Shown: positions 38,068 through 51,880 of the stretch, piece by piece
How positions within the stretch are numbered: the stretch's first letter is position 1
Layout: every line of letters starts with the position of its first letter
Assembly: GCA_964016885.1 (NCBI GenBank)
Contig: OZ024741.1
Coordinates: forward strand, 220,906,001-220,970,000
Reading direction: 5' to 3'
Origin: Eledone cirrhosa
Taxonomy: Eukaryota
Length of the DNA stretch: 64,000 bases
The notes under the pieces: generated by a model
Database searches by the model: none
The model's input: only the letters and a program-made list of their open reading frames with translations
What the model was told of the DNA's origin: nothing
Translations under genes and position numbers: made by a program

Positions 38068-41000
38068 CCTACAGGCTGATAAAGAGAGAAGGCCCATTCA
38101 CACGGGCCATTCTCGCTACTTTCACCCACCTTTCATAAAACTTGCTGGGGTAGAGCACCTCTCTCTCCATTCTGATCCTTCACTTAAAATGGTATTTAAA
38201 GAAAAGGACCAGTTGTTGGCCGGAGAGAAAGGTGTCCGACCTCAGCCCTTTCAAACGTGTCCACCATACCACCTCTTTGACCATGGCTATTACACAGAGG
38301 AAGACCTCCTCTCCTTCATTTTTGAAGGGGGGAGGCGGCTTGATCGTTACAATGGACTCAGCGGTCAACCGGATTGGTCCCACCCGTCGTTCGACATAGC
38401 CCCACAGATCGGCAACGCCCGAGCAGTGTACCAATGCGTGCGCAATGGTTTCCTCGTCGCGCACGCATCTGGGACAGATTTTTTACGAGAGGTCCCTACC
38501 CGGGCGCCCGTGTCTGTAGAGCTTTTCTCGAACGGGCAGCGCCCCTCGGTAGCACTGCCAGGCCAGGGACCTCTGGAAGTTGTCCATAGGTCCCGGGCCA
38601 AATGTCCTCCCGAATAGGCTGGCCAGTTCGTCTTCCTCCATGCCTAGGGCTTGTCCAAGGGCGTCGTCGCACCTACTAACCACCAGCCCTCTATAGAATG
38701 GCGAGGTGGAGTCTCCACCGATAGCCGGATCCGCCTGCCAGAGAGCCATGAGCGCGTGGGAACACTCGGTGTGCCAGGCGCCCAGTTTTCTCGGTCTTTG
38801 CTTGACCCAGGACTGCAGCTCGGTGAGCGAGACGAGTCTCGGAAAGGCTCGCCTCACAAACGGGGCCCACACCGGTTGACCGGTGAGGAGTACCTGGAGG
38901 TGCCGTAGCCTTAATGCGTGTTTACGCATCAGCAGCCACGGCTTCCCCAGCCCTCCTTTCGAAGGCTGTTGACAGCAGATGGATCTCCTCACCAAAGATG
39001 CGCGCTCCATTTTGGTGGGCGTTTTCCTTGGGCAAGGCACGACGGTCAGGCGGTAATAGATGACGGACGCTATATAAGCGTTCGCCACCTCCGCCCGACC
39101 TTTCAGGGATAGTTTGCACTCAGTCCACTTCCGCGTCAGCGCAAACACCATGTTCGATACCTCACCCCAGTTCTTCTCCACCTGGAGGTCTGGCCCGAAC
39201 CAGACCCCGAGCAACTTCACCGGACCCTCCATTCAACCTCCAACGACTCCGTTGGAGGCCATCGGTTTGCCCCTCCACTCGCCGAGTTGCAAACCGACTG
39301 ACTTGTCCCGGTTCAGCTTAGCTCCTGTAAACGTTTCGTATTCCTCCAGTAAAGTGCCGATGACTCCAATTTCCGAGGCGGTTGACACGATTACTGTCAC
39401 GTCATCGGCGTAGGCCTACACCGCTTTCCGCAATCCTGGTTCCAAAGGGATGCCCTCTAACAACTCCAACTTCCGCAGCAGTGGTTCTAGGGCCAATACA
39501 TACAGAAGGGAGGAGAGATGGCATCCCTGTCGGATGGACCGCGTGATTTCGAACGGCTCCGAGAGGTAGCCGTTCACCTTGACCCTAGAGCAGATGCGGC
39601 TGCTGTGCATGGCAGTGATCCAGCCCCTGAAAACGGGTCCGAAACCTGCCGTCACTAGCACCGCATCCAGGTAACGATGGTCGACCCTATCGAACGCCTT
39701 AGATTGATCCAAGTTGATCAGGGCCCCACCAAAGCCGGGTTCGTTCCCAACCTGGAATGGACCTGGACGGGATGGCGCATGTCTGCGCATCTCCCACCAG
39801 GTTGCCCACGACAAGCGCCAACCTCTTTGCTAACACCTTGGCCAAAATCTTTAACTCTGCATTTAGCAGTGTTATGGACCTAACATTACTTATTTCATCC
39901 CCCTTGTTCTCGTCCTTCCTCACTAGCGAGACTACGCCCTTGGTCACAGAACAGGGAATTCTCCCGTTCTGTTGCCAATTGTAGTAGACCACTTCGAGGA
40001 GATCGGGGAACAAGTCCGGCATACTTAAATACAGTTCGTATGGAAGACCATCGAGGCCCGGAGATTTGCGTCTGCCGCATTGGCTCAGCACGTCCCCTAT
40101 CTCAGCAGCTGAGATCGGCCTCTCGCAGAACTTCACCTCCTCGTCCGAAAGACGCGGCAGGCCGTCGATGTATGGACCGAGGTCCACATCCCCATCCGGC
40201 CCCGCGCCCCTTCCGAACAATCGGGAAAAGTGCCTTTGAAAGGCCTCGCATATCTGCTTAGGTTCAAGGATCACCCGTCCATCCTGGTCTCGCAAAGACC
40301 GGATAGTGGATCTAATCCCACTTTTGGCTTCTGTCACGCGGGCCCAGCTAACAGCTTTGGTCCCCTCGTTTCCCAGAGCACGTATTTTGCTTCGGACAAC
40401 GCAGCCTTCGTGTTTCGCGTCGAAGAACTGGCCCAATGCCGTTCTCGAAGCTAGCACTCTGGCTACGTCGCCGCTTCTAATTGCCTTTTCTACACTATCA
40501 ACCAACTCCCTTTCCTTCCTATTTCTATCTGAGGCTAACTCCTTACTAACTCCTATTGAAGCTACTCTAATCACTCTTTTGAGAGAGCCCCACCACCTGC
40601 TGTTGACGATGGCGCCCGTCAACCGCTCCTTAACTAAAGTACTAATCCGGTTCCTGTAAGCTTTACTTGCCGGTAAGGACAAGTTGAGCTTCCATAAACC
40701 GGGTCTCTGTCTATGCGTTCTATCAAGGTTGACCATGGAGGTCACTAACTTGTGGTCTGAATAGCCAACCATGAGCATTTTTGGACAACTTAAAAAGTCC
40801 CTATCCTTATTTCTAACTAAGAACCTATCTAGGTACGATCTAGATTGACCGTTATGGTTTCTCCAAGTCCAGGTTGGCACAGTCGGAAAATCTAGTCGAT
40901 ATCTAACGGCCAGGTCGAATCGCCCGATTAACCCCTTGAGGCTGTTACAAACCCCTCTATCAGGACATGCCCTTACATAGTCCCAACGCGCATCTAGGAT

Positions 41001-41434
41001 ACCATTCCAGTCCCCCACTAAAAGCAAGGAGCGGGGCGTCCCCAGAAAAGTCTCCAGACGATGGAAGAAGTCCGGCCGCGTTGACCCAAAGGGGCCGTAG
41101 ACGGCGACCAGCCTAAAAGCTCCGCCTTCACCACTGCCAAGGTCCAGAACCACTAGTCGACCCTCCGGGTCCAAGTCTACCGTCTGTGTAGCGAGACCCA
41201 GATGTTTTTGCAGCAGAACGACAACCCCACCCCCACCTCCGGGCTGACAGAGAGATGCGTGCATCTCCAAGTCATCAAAGGTGGGGGCCAGCTGTCGCAC
41301 GCTGCTGATCCGGACCTCGCAAATAACCATCACATTTATACATCGTCACCTGAGGTCATTTAGAAGCATTGCTTGCTTCCAAGGTGAGCCTAGGCCACGC
41401 GCATTTAAACAACCTATTTTCAACACAGCTATGT
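38068..41434 (-). pseudogene. Tx1 ORF2 (APE endonuclease + reverse transcriptase), frameshifted
   Basis: Pieces 39699..41333, 39416..39814, 38483..39232, 38180..38464; start ATG appears mutated to ATA relative to the copy at 56215. Confidence 0.9.
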
Positions 41435-43385
41435 TGGTGGTAAAGAGAAAAAGCACTTACCTCTCTGCGGTCCGGTCCCCGGGACGCAGAGAGGTAAGTG
41501 CCGCACAATTTCCATGGGGGTGGGGGATAGGTTGTTGGGTGGGGTGGTGGTTTGTGGAAGTGTAGGGGCATCAGTGTGTGGTGGGGTTTGGGTGTTTGGA
41601 GTTGTGTGGGTGTCTGGGGGGGGGGAATATTTTAGGAGGGCACGGTTAATGGGTCTGACGCAGAGGGGCCCCACGTCCTCTTTAAAAGTGTCTTTTAACG
41701 TTTTGTTAATGTCCATTGGGGCTTTTATCATTTTTAGATGGGGAAGCCCCGTTGCTTGTGCGAAATTCGAACCTTCGGTTTTTATTAAGTTGTTATTATA
41801 AATAACGTTTAACAGTTTTTTGTTTATTGTATTTATGTAAGTATATGCATATTTTTTTTTTTTTGTGTGATGTTTTATTGTTTGCTGTTGTTGTGTGTTT
41901 TTTTGCGTTGATGTCTGTGTTATGTCTTGGGGAGGGGTTGTTTGTATTTGTGTTCCTGTGGTGTGCTTTCTTTTTTTTCTTTTAACTTTATGAAAGTGCC
42001 CCTTCCCCCTCGTCTGACGACGAAAGGGGGTCCTCTTCCGTATACGAGGGGAGGGGTTCATTTTCGGCTCGTGTTTTTGGTGTGGGTGTTATTGTATTTG
42101 TTTTCTGTGGGGTGGGGGTATGGGGGAGATTGTTTTCAGTTGTGTTTTAACTTGTGGTGTTAGTTGTTTTTGTGGTGGTGGTGGAGGTTGTGTTGGTAGT
42201 GTTGTAGTTGTTGGTGTGGGCAAAATCGGTGTTTTTTTGTTTGCTTGGGAACAGGCAGCCCTCAGGTAACCTCTGCTACCACAGAGGTAACAAGCGGGTC
42301 GTCTACCCTCCACTGTGATGTGTAAGTAGGCAAGCCCATCCAGCAATATGCGGTCGGGGATCCTAGCAATTCGTTCTGGCTGCATTTGCACCAGAACTTG
42401 CAGGCTAGTTCCACCGAACACGTTGCTGGAAGACTTACCTACCGAAATTACTGCATCCTCTTTCAATTCGAGGAGGCCACACAGTACCGCCCAGAAATCA
42501 ATATCTGGATCGATACTGTGTATGGTCAATCTTTGTGTTTTTCTTCCCAAATAAGTGGGGAAGAAGGTAAATAAGGGGGACACAATTGGGGCCAGGGAAT
42601 GTTTTTCGGCCGTCAATTTATCTTTCATTCGGATGGATAGACTACCGTAGAGTCTATCCTTCCGAATGAATACAATGTTTTTCAGATGATCTTTTAAAGC
42701 CAGTTCAATCTTTGTCTGTGTGAGTTGTACTGGCTTACGGGTTTTGTTTGATATTGTCCTATAAATAATTGTTTTTAAGCTATTTTCCTTTTTTAGCTCT
42801 GGGGGGGAATTTAAAGAAAATAGACCATTCTCCTCCAAAGTTATATACTTCCGTGCATTTTCCATTTGTGGGCCATGTTCGAAATGTCAATAGGTTCATA
42901 CACAATGGTTTTTTTTATGGTTTGAGCGAGCATCATTTTGTTCTCCCCCTCTCTGTTTACATTTGTCGAAATGAGGTTGTTTTCTTGTTTTTTGTTGTTG
43001 TTACAATTATCATTTTTTGTTGTTTGTGTTATTTATGTTGGTGTATGCGTTCACATTTTTTCCCCGTTGGGGGTTAGACTCCATTTCTTCAAAAAGTTCA
43101 CTTATATTTTCAGTATCCGAGAGACTTGTAGTCACAGCTACTACTTCTCTTTCATCTTTGCTGGTGAGTGTGGGACTGTTAAAAGTCGAAACGGCATCCA
43201 TTAATGTTGGCAATTTCTCCGAGTCAATTTTTTCACATTTTTTTCATTAGGGTTAGGCTCCATTTTTTTAAATGTTTCTAATAATCATTATTCTTTCAGT
43301 GGGGAGGCTTGTTGCCTCCGCTACCCGCTCTCCTTCAGTTTGTTTAGAGGGCGTGTCATCGTTATCTGTGGTAATGGCTTCCATT
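41429..43385 (-). pseudogene. Tx1 ORF1 (gag-like, zinc knuckle), fragmented
   Basis: ORFs 42089..42865 and 41429..42061; FFPTYLG motif shared with 55133..56026. Confidence 0.75.
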
Positions 43386-44082
43386 ACCACTAGCGTAGAG
43401 ACAATCACAAGATTTTTAGGATGAAAAATTTCACCCCAAAAGGGGTGAAATAAATTAACCCTAATGTCCGAAGACCCAGGCAAGGGGGTTAATTAACACA
43501 ATAACGCAAGAATACAGACAAACACTTAATGTTAACCTGTAATATATCCAATAATCGAGGAGCCGATGTGAAGCACGTCTATACCATCCGGAGATAGGTA
43601 GGCAATGCACGGAGCAGGGATATAAATTTATTTATCCTTACACTAGCTTGCTGAATAGAGGTAATTGAGTATTTGTATTTCTTTCTTAAATACCGCCATG
43701 GCATCACATTTATATATGTGTGTGTATATATATAGATATATAGATATATAGATAGTTAGATAGATAGATGTGTGTGTGTGTGTGTGTACATGCAACACCC
43801 TTTACTTTCAAACGTACACTATTGAAAACACCCCTCTGTTCAAATTTGATATATTTGTATTTAGGATTTTTATCTTTACTTGTGTTTAGTTTGAAACAAG
43901 ATTTCTTCCTAAATCTATCTGTAAATCTATTAATGTTTTTAAACAGCGCCATCTTCAGGATATGAATGGTAGTAATAGAGTCGTGTTATTGGTTTGTTTT
44001 GCAATGGATGTAAAGTGCCATAGGAGCTAAAACAGAAGTACATAAACAACGGTACTCTTTTGGGTTTGCATTAATGTTCTTT

Positions 44083-44534
44083 AGGGTGGTGGATTGGCAG
44101 TATCAGTAGAGGGTCGGACGCCATGCTTTCCAGCATAGTTACGTCCCTTTACGATCTGAGTTCAAATCCCGCCGAGGTTGACTTTGCCTTTCATCCTTAC
44201 GGGGTCGATAAAATAAAGTACCAGTAATGCACTGGGTAATTGCTGGCCTTGTGCCTAAAGTAGAAACAATTATTGTTCTTTACTGTGCGACATTCTGTCC
44301 ATGAATCGCAATATTATTTAACGAAGCAAGGGCGGTGGGTTGGCAGAGTCGGTGGAGCATCAGACAACATGCTACAGTTCTTTACTCTCTGAGTTCAAAT
44401 CCTGTCGAGGTTAGCTTTACTTTTTATCCTTACGGTGTCGATCAAATAAAGTACTAGTAACGTACTGGGGTCGATTTAATCGACTTTCCCTTGCCAAACA
44501 TTTGTTGGCCTTGTGCCTAAATCAGAAACCATTA
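44083..44534 (+). mobile_element. two SINE family 1 copies (44083-44272, 44330-44534)
   Basis: A/B boxes and Nin/Deu-like core. Confidence 0.85.
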
Positions 44535-45239
44535 TCTAAACTATAATAAAGTAAGGAGTGCGGGACTGCGTCCAGAATAGATTTTTTTATCCCGTTTGTA
44601 AAATAAGTTGGATTACTTTGAATAAATAATTGTTTCTACATTTGGCACAAGGCCAGCAATTACTCAGTACATTACTGGTACTTTATTTTATCGACCCCGT
44701 AATGATGAAAGGCAAAGTTAACCTCGGCGCGATTTGAACTCAGAATGGCAAGGGACGTAACTCTATGCGTCAAAGCATAGTGTCCGACCCTCTACCGATA
44801 CTGCCAATCCACCGCTTACTTTGAATAAATAATGAATGAATATTACATAATTTATCTACTAAATTTCGTTATTCTTGATTAAATATAAATAATTTTGTTG
44901 CTTATTTTAAGATTCACTTCTTTACATTTTTCAAATGTCAACACTTCCGGTTAGTGGCCGTTATATTATAACGCTTAAATTAACATTCATATATTTCCGT
45001 CACTAATTTTCTCCTAATGCAGTTTATATATAATATCGTCTTTTTTTAACGTATCATCGATTACGTTGCTGATTACATAAGACAGTGTAACGCAGTCTTC
45101 GTTCAATTTCTGTGTATATTGTCAATTATGATTTTATTTGATGTATCATATCTACATGTATATATACTTGCGTATAATATCAATATACACACTATACATG
45201 CTAGTAGAAAACCACCCGGAGCGTCATTTTTTCTGCTAG
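44535..45239 (+). mobile_element. non-autonomous Helitron with nested SINE
   Basis: 5' TCTAAACTATAATAAAG, 3' CTAG, inserted between A and T; SINE (minus, ~44631-44815) with TSD TTACTTTGAATAAATAAT. Confidence 0.82.
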
Positions 45240-45533
45240 TCAATAAAATAAAGTACCAATAACGTACTGGGGTCGATATAATCGAATATCCCCCTCCCAC
45301 CCAAATTACTGGCCCTGTGCCTAGATCAAAAACCATTATTAATAAAATAAAGTACCAGTAACGTACTGGGGTCGATATAATCGATTTCCCCCTCCCACCC
45401 AAATTACTGGCCATGTACCTAGATCAGAAACCCTTATCAATAAAAGAAAGTACCAGTAATGTACTGGTTCGATTTAATCGACTTTCCCCTTCCATCCAAA
45501 ATGACTGGCCTTGAGCCTAGGTCAGAAACCATT
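45240..45533 (+). repeat. tandem ~98-bp copies of SINE family 1 3' end
   Basis: AATAAAATAAAGTACCAGTAACGTACTGGGGTCGAT...AGAAACCATTA x3, continuing the SINE at 44330-44534. Confidence 0.8.
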
Positions 45534-45669
45534 AGTTTACCAAACACGTGACATTGTCCCGTTAGAAGCTTTTCTTTTAAGTTATGCAAATTATGTTGTT
45601 ATGCAAATGTTTATAAATCAATTATTTAAAAGAAAATGTGTGTAACCCTTTCATTACATCCTTCTCAAC

Positions 45670-46435
45670 TTTGTGTGTGTGTTTGTGACTGTTAGTATAT
45701 GTGTGTGTTTGTTTGTGTGTCTCTGTGTATGATTGTGTGTGTGTGTCTGTGTCTGTTTGTGAGGGTCTGTGTGTGTGTCTGTGTGGTGTATGTGTATGGG
45801 CTTTTTTTAAAGGTGTGTGTGTGTCTGTGTATGTTTGTGCGTGTATGTGTGTGCGTATGTATGCTTGTGAGGGTCTGTGTATTTGTCAGTGTGGTGTCTG
45901 TGTATCTTTGTGAGGGTCTGTGTGTGGGTGTGCGTGTGTGTATGTCTGTGTATGTTTGTGAGGGTCTGTGTGTGGGTGTGTATGTTTGTGAGGGTCTGTG
46001 TGTGCGTGTGTGTATGTCTGTGTATGTTTGTGAGGGTCTGTGTGTATGTCTGTATATGTTTGTGAGTGTCTGTGTGCGGGTGTGCGTGTGTGTATGTCTG
46101 TGTATGTTTGTGAGGGTCTGTGTGTGGGTGTGCGTGTGTGTATGTCTGTGTATGTTTGTGCGTGTATGTGTGTGCGTATGTATGTTTGTGAGGGTCTGTG
46201 TATTTGTCAGTGTGGTGTATGTGTATCTTTGTGAGGGTCTGTGTGTGGGTGTGCATGGGTGTATGTCTGTATATGTTTGTGAGGGTCTGTGTGTATGTGT
46301 GCGTGTGTGTATGTCTGTGTATCTTTGTGAGGGTCTAAGTGTGGGTGTGCGTGTGTGTATGTCTGTGTATCTTTGTGAGGGTCTGTGTGTTTGTCTGTGT
46401 GGTGTCTGTGTATGTTATTGTGTGTATGTGTGTGT

Positions 46436-46477
<42 letters not shown>

Positions 46478-46973
46478 GTGTCTCTCTGTGTGTCTTTCTC
46501 TCTGTCTTTTTGTCTGTGTGTGTTTTTAGAGAGTGTGTGTGTGTCTATATGCCTGATTTACTGCATGTGTGCATGTGTGTCTGTGTGTGTGTGTCTATAT
46601 GTGTGTGTCTGTGAGTGTGTCTGTGAATGTCTCTCTATTTATGTCTGCGTGTGTGTGAGTTTGTATGTGTATGTGCCTGTGTTTGTCTGTATGTGTGTGT
46701 ATGTGTCTGTGTGCCTGCATGTGTGTGTATGTGTATGTGTATGTCTGTGTCTGTATGTGTGTGTCTCTGTGTGTGTCTGTATGTGTGCATGTGTGTGTAT
46801 GTATGTGTGTGTGTATGTGCGTGTGAGTATATACATTCTAGTTCTATACTATCTGTATGTGTGCGTGTGTGTGTCTGTATGTGTGCATGTGTGTGTATGT
46901 ATGTGTGTGTGTATGTGCGTGTGTGTATGTACATTCTAGTTCTATACTATCTGTATATGTGCGTGTGTGTGTC

Positions 46974-47015
<42 letters not shown>

Positions 47016-47030
47016 TACATTCTAGTTCTA
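45670..47030. repeat. GT-rich compound micro/minisatellite
   Basis: TTTGTGAGGGTCTGTGTG motifs in a (TG)n background. Confidence 0.9.
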
Positions 47031-47231
47031 TACTACATTACATTCAATGTTGTAATTATCCCCTATATAAATGTTGCCTACAGACAACTCGATATTGTAA
47101 ACACATCGTAAACAAGTCGCATTAAACATTTCACCATCAATACAATAGCATGCATTGCTGTACACTTAAATATCCATATAATGACACTGGTAATGATACT
47201 GGGGAACAACACAATCTATGTTACTACAGAA

Positions 47232-47717
47232 TCTAAACTATAATAAAGTAAGGAGTGTGGGACTGCGTCAAGAATATATTTTTTTTATCCCGTTTGTAAA
47301 ATAAGTTGGATTACTTTGAATAAATAATGAATGAATATTACAAAATTTATCTACTAAATTTCGTTATTCTTGATTAAATATGAATAATTCTGTTGGTAAT
47401 TTTAAGATTCATTTCTTTAAAATTTTCAAATGTCAACACTTCCGGTTAGCGATCACTTAAATAAACATTCATATATTCCGTCACTAATTTTCTCCTAATG
47501 CAGTTTATATATAATATCGTCTTTTTTAATGTATCATGGATTACGTTACTGATTACATAAGACAGTGTAACGCAGTCTTCGTTCAATTTCTGACTATATT
47601 GTCAATTATGATTTTATTTGATGTATTATATCTACATGCATATATACTTGCGTATAATATCAATATACACACTACACATGCTAGCAGAAAACCACCTGGA
47701 GGTGGTTTTTCCGCTAG
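47232..47717 (+). mobile_element. non-autonomous Helitron (same family as 44535)
   Basis: TC start, 3' hairpin AAAACCACCT-GG-AGGTGGTTTT then CTAG, A^T target. Confidence 0.85.
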
Positions 47718-47869
47718 TCTCTCTAATAACATTTCTTGAAAATTGATCCAATGTTTCGATTGATTCTCAGCGGAATATGGAAAAGATGATTCTTTTAACA
47801 CGCCATTCATTTGCATAAAATTCGAGAGGGCACAAACTTTTAGGGGGGCAGGGGGTTAATAGTTTACGT

Positions 47870-47904
<35 letters not shown>

Positions 47905-48354
47905 CTGTTTTTTGTGTGCGTCTTTTTAATTTTTACTTTAGAACAAAGAGACAAGGAAAATTACACATAACCGAAAAAATGAATACACGAAAACTATATT
48001 TAAAAATTAATTAACTCAATTTTAGAGAAACATTATTTAATCAATTTTAGTAATTACAATATTCTTATTAATGCAAGGATGATGTAGAAGAACAATAATT
48101 ATATATTTTTATTTAATTGTAATTTGACTTGTGAATTAATCAAATTGGTCGAATAATTTCTCTTTACATAAATTAATTGTTCTCTATCGATCTTAGTTAT
48201 ATAATTGGACGATATTTAAATTGTTAACTAATAAATACAGATTGGTTACTGATTTGCATTAAGATTGAGCGAGACATACTGGAAGCCATTTGTGTGTATA
48301 TATATATATATATACACACACATTTATATATATATTTATATATATATATAAAAA

Positions 48355-48407
<53 letters not shown>

Positions 48408-48429
48408 AATAAACAACATAAGATAATTA

Positions 48430-48489
48430 TTTCATTTACCAGTGGTTTCTTGAAAGCAAGCAAATTTGCTTTCATTCATCAGAATGAAA
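48430..48489 (-). ncRNA. type I hammerhead ribozyme (mutated mirror copy at 51637-51696, + strand)
   Basis: Minus: TTTCATT-CTGATGA-A-TGAAAGC...GCTTTCA-A-GAAA-CCA-C-TGG-TA-AATGAAA; the mirror copy has CTGTTGA and a GTG site. Confidence 0.78.
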
Positions 48490-49034
48490 AAATCCTGGTG
48501 TATTTATTGACAGTGGATTTCAAAAACAAAAATATAACAGATATGAAAGTGAGGCTGGAGGAAAAAAAAGGGGGGGGGGGGGATAATAAATAAGAATATA
48601 TAACAACACACACGTACACACACACACGCACACACGCACACACACTCACATATACACATATATATACACATATATACACGCATATATACACATATATATA
48701 CACATAGACACATATACACACACGTACATGTATATATATATCCATACATAAATACACCAACACACACATATATATATATATATATACATATATATATACA
48801 TGTACACACATACATATATATATATATATACATACAGATATATACATATATATACATACACATACACACATACATACACACACACATGCATACACACATA
48901 TATACACACATGCATACGTACTCACATATAAAAGGATACATATGCACACTCACAAATAAAAATAAATAATCATAATAGGCCGTCACATACAAATAAACAG
49001 GTTTTTATGTGCATTTTCTTATCACGCGCGTTTG

Positions 49035-49262
49035 GTCATTTGGTCAGGGTCACCGTGGCTTTTTTAATGGGCTTTCTCCACGATGGCCCTCGGAAGTCTC
49101 TCCCCCCCCCCCCTATTGGGGAATTTTTCATTGTTCTTTTATTACATCCTCTGTTTCTTTTGTTTTTTACACGCAGAAATGCCCATTTGTACCGTCCTGT
49201 ATTGTCCTGTACTGTCCTTAATGTCTACTTTGTGTAAACCCTTGTGGTTAATAAAGAAATCA
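49035..49262 (+). mobile_element. Tx1 3'UTR fragment ((TTA)n-tailed subfamily)
   Basis: Homologous to 50825-51033. Confidence 0.8.
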
Positions 49263-49269
49263 TTATTAT

Positions 49270-50130
49270 TGTTCTTTGAGTCTCTGGAAAGTTTGTTGAA
49301 ATGAATATCAAGCCGCTACCTGCAGCCTCAGATATTCAGGGCGTATCGGAGGGTTATTGCTGTTTCCAGCAAGTATGCCTTCTGAAATGTTCTCAAAAAA
49401 GTGTTCCAATTATTATTATTATTATTGTTCTTTGAGTCCCAGTTATTAATGTTATTTAACTGGAAAGTTTGTTGAAATGAATATCAAGCCACTACCTGCA
49501 GCCTCAGATATTCAGGACGTATCGGAGGGTTCTTGCTGTTCCCAGCAAGCATGCCTTTTGAAGCGTTCCAAAAAACGTGAAGGGGCCAATTTTCTTTAAC
49601 CATCCCTGGAAACTTGTTGAGATAGTCCCTAGTGCGCCTATGACAATCGGGATCACTTTGACTTCATGGCAGTTCCAAATCCTTTTTACCTCCCACTTTA
49701 AGTCCTGGTATCGGTTAATTTTCTCCCTCTCCTTCTCTTGCACTCTCGTGTCGAATGGGCAGGCCACATCCACAATCAGGCACGATCTTTTTTCTTTGTC
49801 CAAAACTACCAGGTCAGGTCTATTGTGTTCCAGTTTCTTGTCCGTCTGTATCCTAAAATCCCACAGCACCTTCACCTGATCGTTTTCTATCACCGCCTCT
49901 GGCTTATGCTCATACCACTTCTCAGAATGTGGTAAATTGTTTACTTTGCATAGGTGCCAGTGGATCACCCTGCCCATCACATCATGTCTCCAGCCCTTAT
50001 AGTGAGTCTGGGCTAGGTGTTTACACTCGGATACAATGTGAGCCACAGTCTCCTCTCTCTCACCACAGATCCTGCACAGTGGGCTAGCCTCCTCCTTGTA
50101 AATGTGGTGTTTCAACCACTTCGTTTTGAG
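49270..50130 (-). mobile_element. R4/Dong-clade non-LTR retrotransposon 3' part (CCHC + RLE), with a duplicate 3' end at 49270-49410
   Basis: CRICGEREETVAHIVSEC, RHD, LWDFRIQTD, NRPDLVV, IVDVACP, EKINRYQDL, PIVIGALG, LQKACLLGT; both 3' ends abut (TAA)n. Confidence 0.9.
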
Positions 50131-51034
50131 GGGCAATGTGATCGGTGGAAACTCCACCTTGGCGTTCTATAGGGGATTAGTGGAGGGGAAGAGCGACGAC
50201 GTACTTGGAGAAACTCTAGGCGTCGACGAAAATCAACTAGCCAATCTCTTCGGAAGGACTTTCGGGCCGGGGCCTATGGACAACTTCCAGAAATCCCTGG
50301 CCTGGCAGTGCTACCGAGGAGCTTTGCCAGTTCGGGATAAACTCTACAGGCATGGGGGTGCCGTCAGCCGGGCATGTCCGAGATGCGCGCAGGGCGACGA
50401 AACCGTCCTGCACGCACTCGTCCAGTGTCCGAGCATTGCTGACTTGTGGGTTTATGTCGAACACCTGCTGTCACGTGTAGGACGGATCCAGCTATCAGCT
50501 GAGTCCATCGTGAGGATTGCCCCGCCCCCTTCCTTTAGCCGGGAAGGGCAGGCCGTTTTTATCTGTCTGGTGGCCATGGCGAAAGAGATAGTATGGTGGA
50601 CACGTTTGAAAGGGCTGAAGACGAGCACTTACCTCTTCGGTGATGCTCTGATTAACTTTTTCAAATTTCATTTGAAAAGGAAAATCAGGGTAGAGAGGGA
50701 AGTGCTCTCTTCCCAGCATTTTGTTGAAAGATGGGTGAGAGAAGCAAGTATGGCCCGAATGAATGGGCCTTCTCTGAGTATGTGTCTGTAAATTAAAAAT
50801 GGAAAACTGGGAGAGGGCACTTGCCCTGGTGGTCAGGGCCACTGTGGTCTTTTTAATGGGCTTTCTCCACAAATGTCCCTCGGAAGTCTCCCCCCTACTG
50901 GGGAATTTTTCTTTGTTATTTTATTTCAACCTCTGTTTTTTTACACGCAGAAATGCCCATTTGTACCGTCCTGTATTGTCCTGTACTGTCCTTAATGTCT
51001 ACTTTATGTAAACCCTTGTGGTTAATAAAGAAAA

Positions 51035-51035
<1 letters not shown>
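50131..51035 (+). mobile_element. 5'-truncated Tx1 LINE with (TTA)n tail
   Basis: FYRGLV...CPRC...ETVLHALVQC...MARMNGPSL; AATAAA then (TTA)n. Confidence 0.9.
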
Positions 51036-51071
<36 letters not shown>

Positions 51072-51330
51072 TTTATTTTTATTTTAAAATTTGCCGTCAT
51101 GTATCGCTGTCAACTTAATAATATGTTTTATTTTTTATTTTCTTAATCCTTATTTTTTATTTGCTTATTTGTATGTGACGGCCTATTATGATTATTTATT
51201 CTTATTTGTGTGTGTGCATATGTATCCTTTTATATGTGAGTACGTATGCATGTGTGTATATATGTGTGTGTATGTGTGTGTGTATGTATGTATGTGTATG
51301 AATATATATGTATATATATGTATGTGTGTG

Positions 51331-51365
<35 letters not shown>

Positions 51366-51820
51366 TGGTGTATTTATGTATGGATATATATATAAATGTA
51401 TGTGTGTGTATATGTGTCTCTGTGTATATATATGTGTATATATGCGGGTATATATGTATATATATATGTATATACGTGTGTATATGCATGTGTGTGCGTG
51501 TGTGTGTGTACGTGTGTGTTGTTATATATTCTTATTTATTATTCTCCCTCCCTCCCTTTTTTTCCCTCCAGCCTCACTTTCATATCTGTTATATTTTTGT
51601 TTTTCAAATCCACTGTCTATAAAGACACCAGGATTTTTTCATTCTGTTGAATGAAAGCAATTTTGCTTGCTTTCAAGAAACCACTGGTGAATGAATTAAT
51701 TATCTTATGTTGTTTATTACATAACTAATAAGCTCTGTAACCTACATAGAGCACTCTTTTTTTCTGGACCTTTCAGACGGAATCGCTTCATTTATATATA
51801 TATAAATATATATACACATT

Positions 51821-51880
<60 letters not shown>

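Larger units (their letters stand above)
37845..43592 (-). mobile_element. full-length but decayed L1/Tx1-clade LINE
   Basis: ORF1 region with CYLCGSRGYLRAAC knuckle; ORF2 fragments with APE (GDWN, LDRF, SDH), RT (KSPGLDGLP, DQSKAFDRV, RQGC, YADD) and C-terminal Cys/His motif; 3' AATAAA followed by TATC repeats. Confidence 0.93.
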
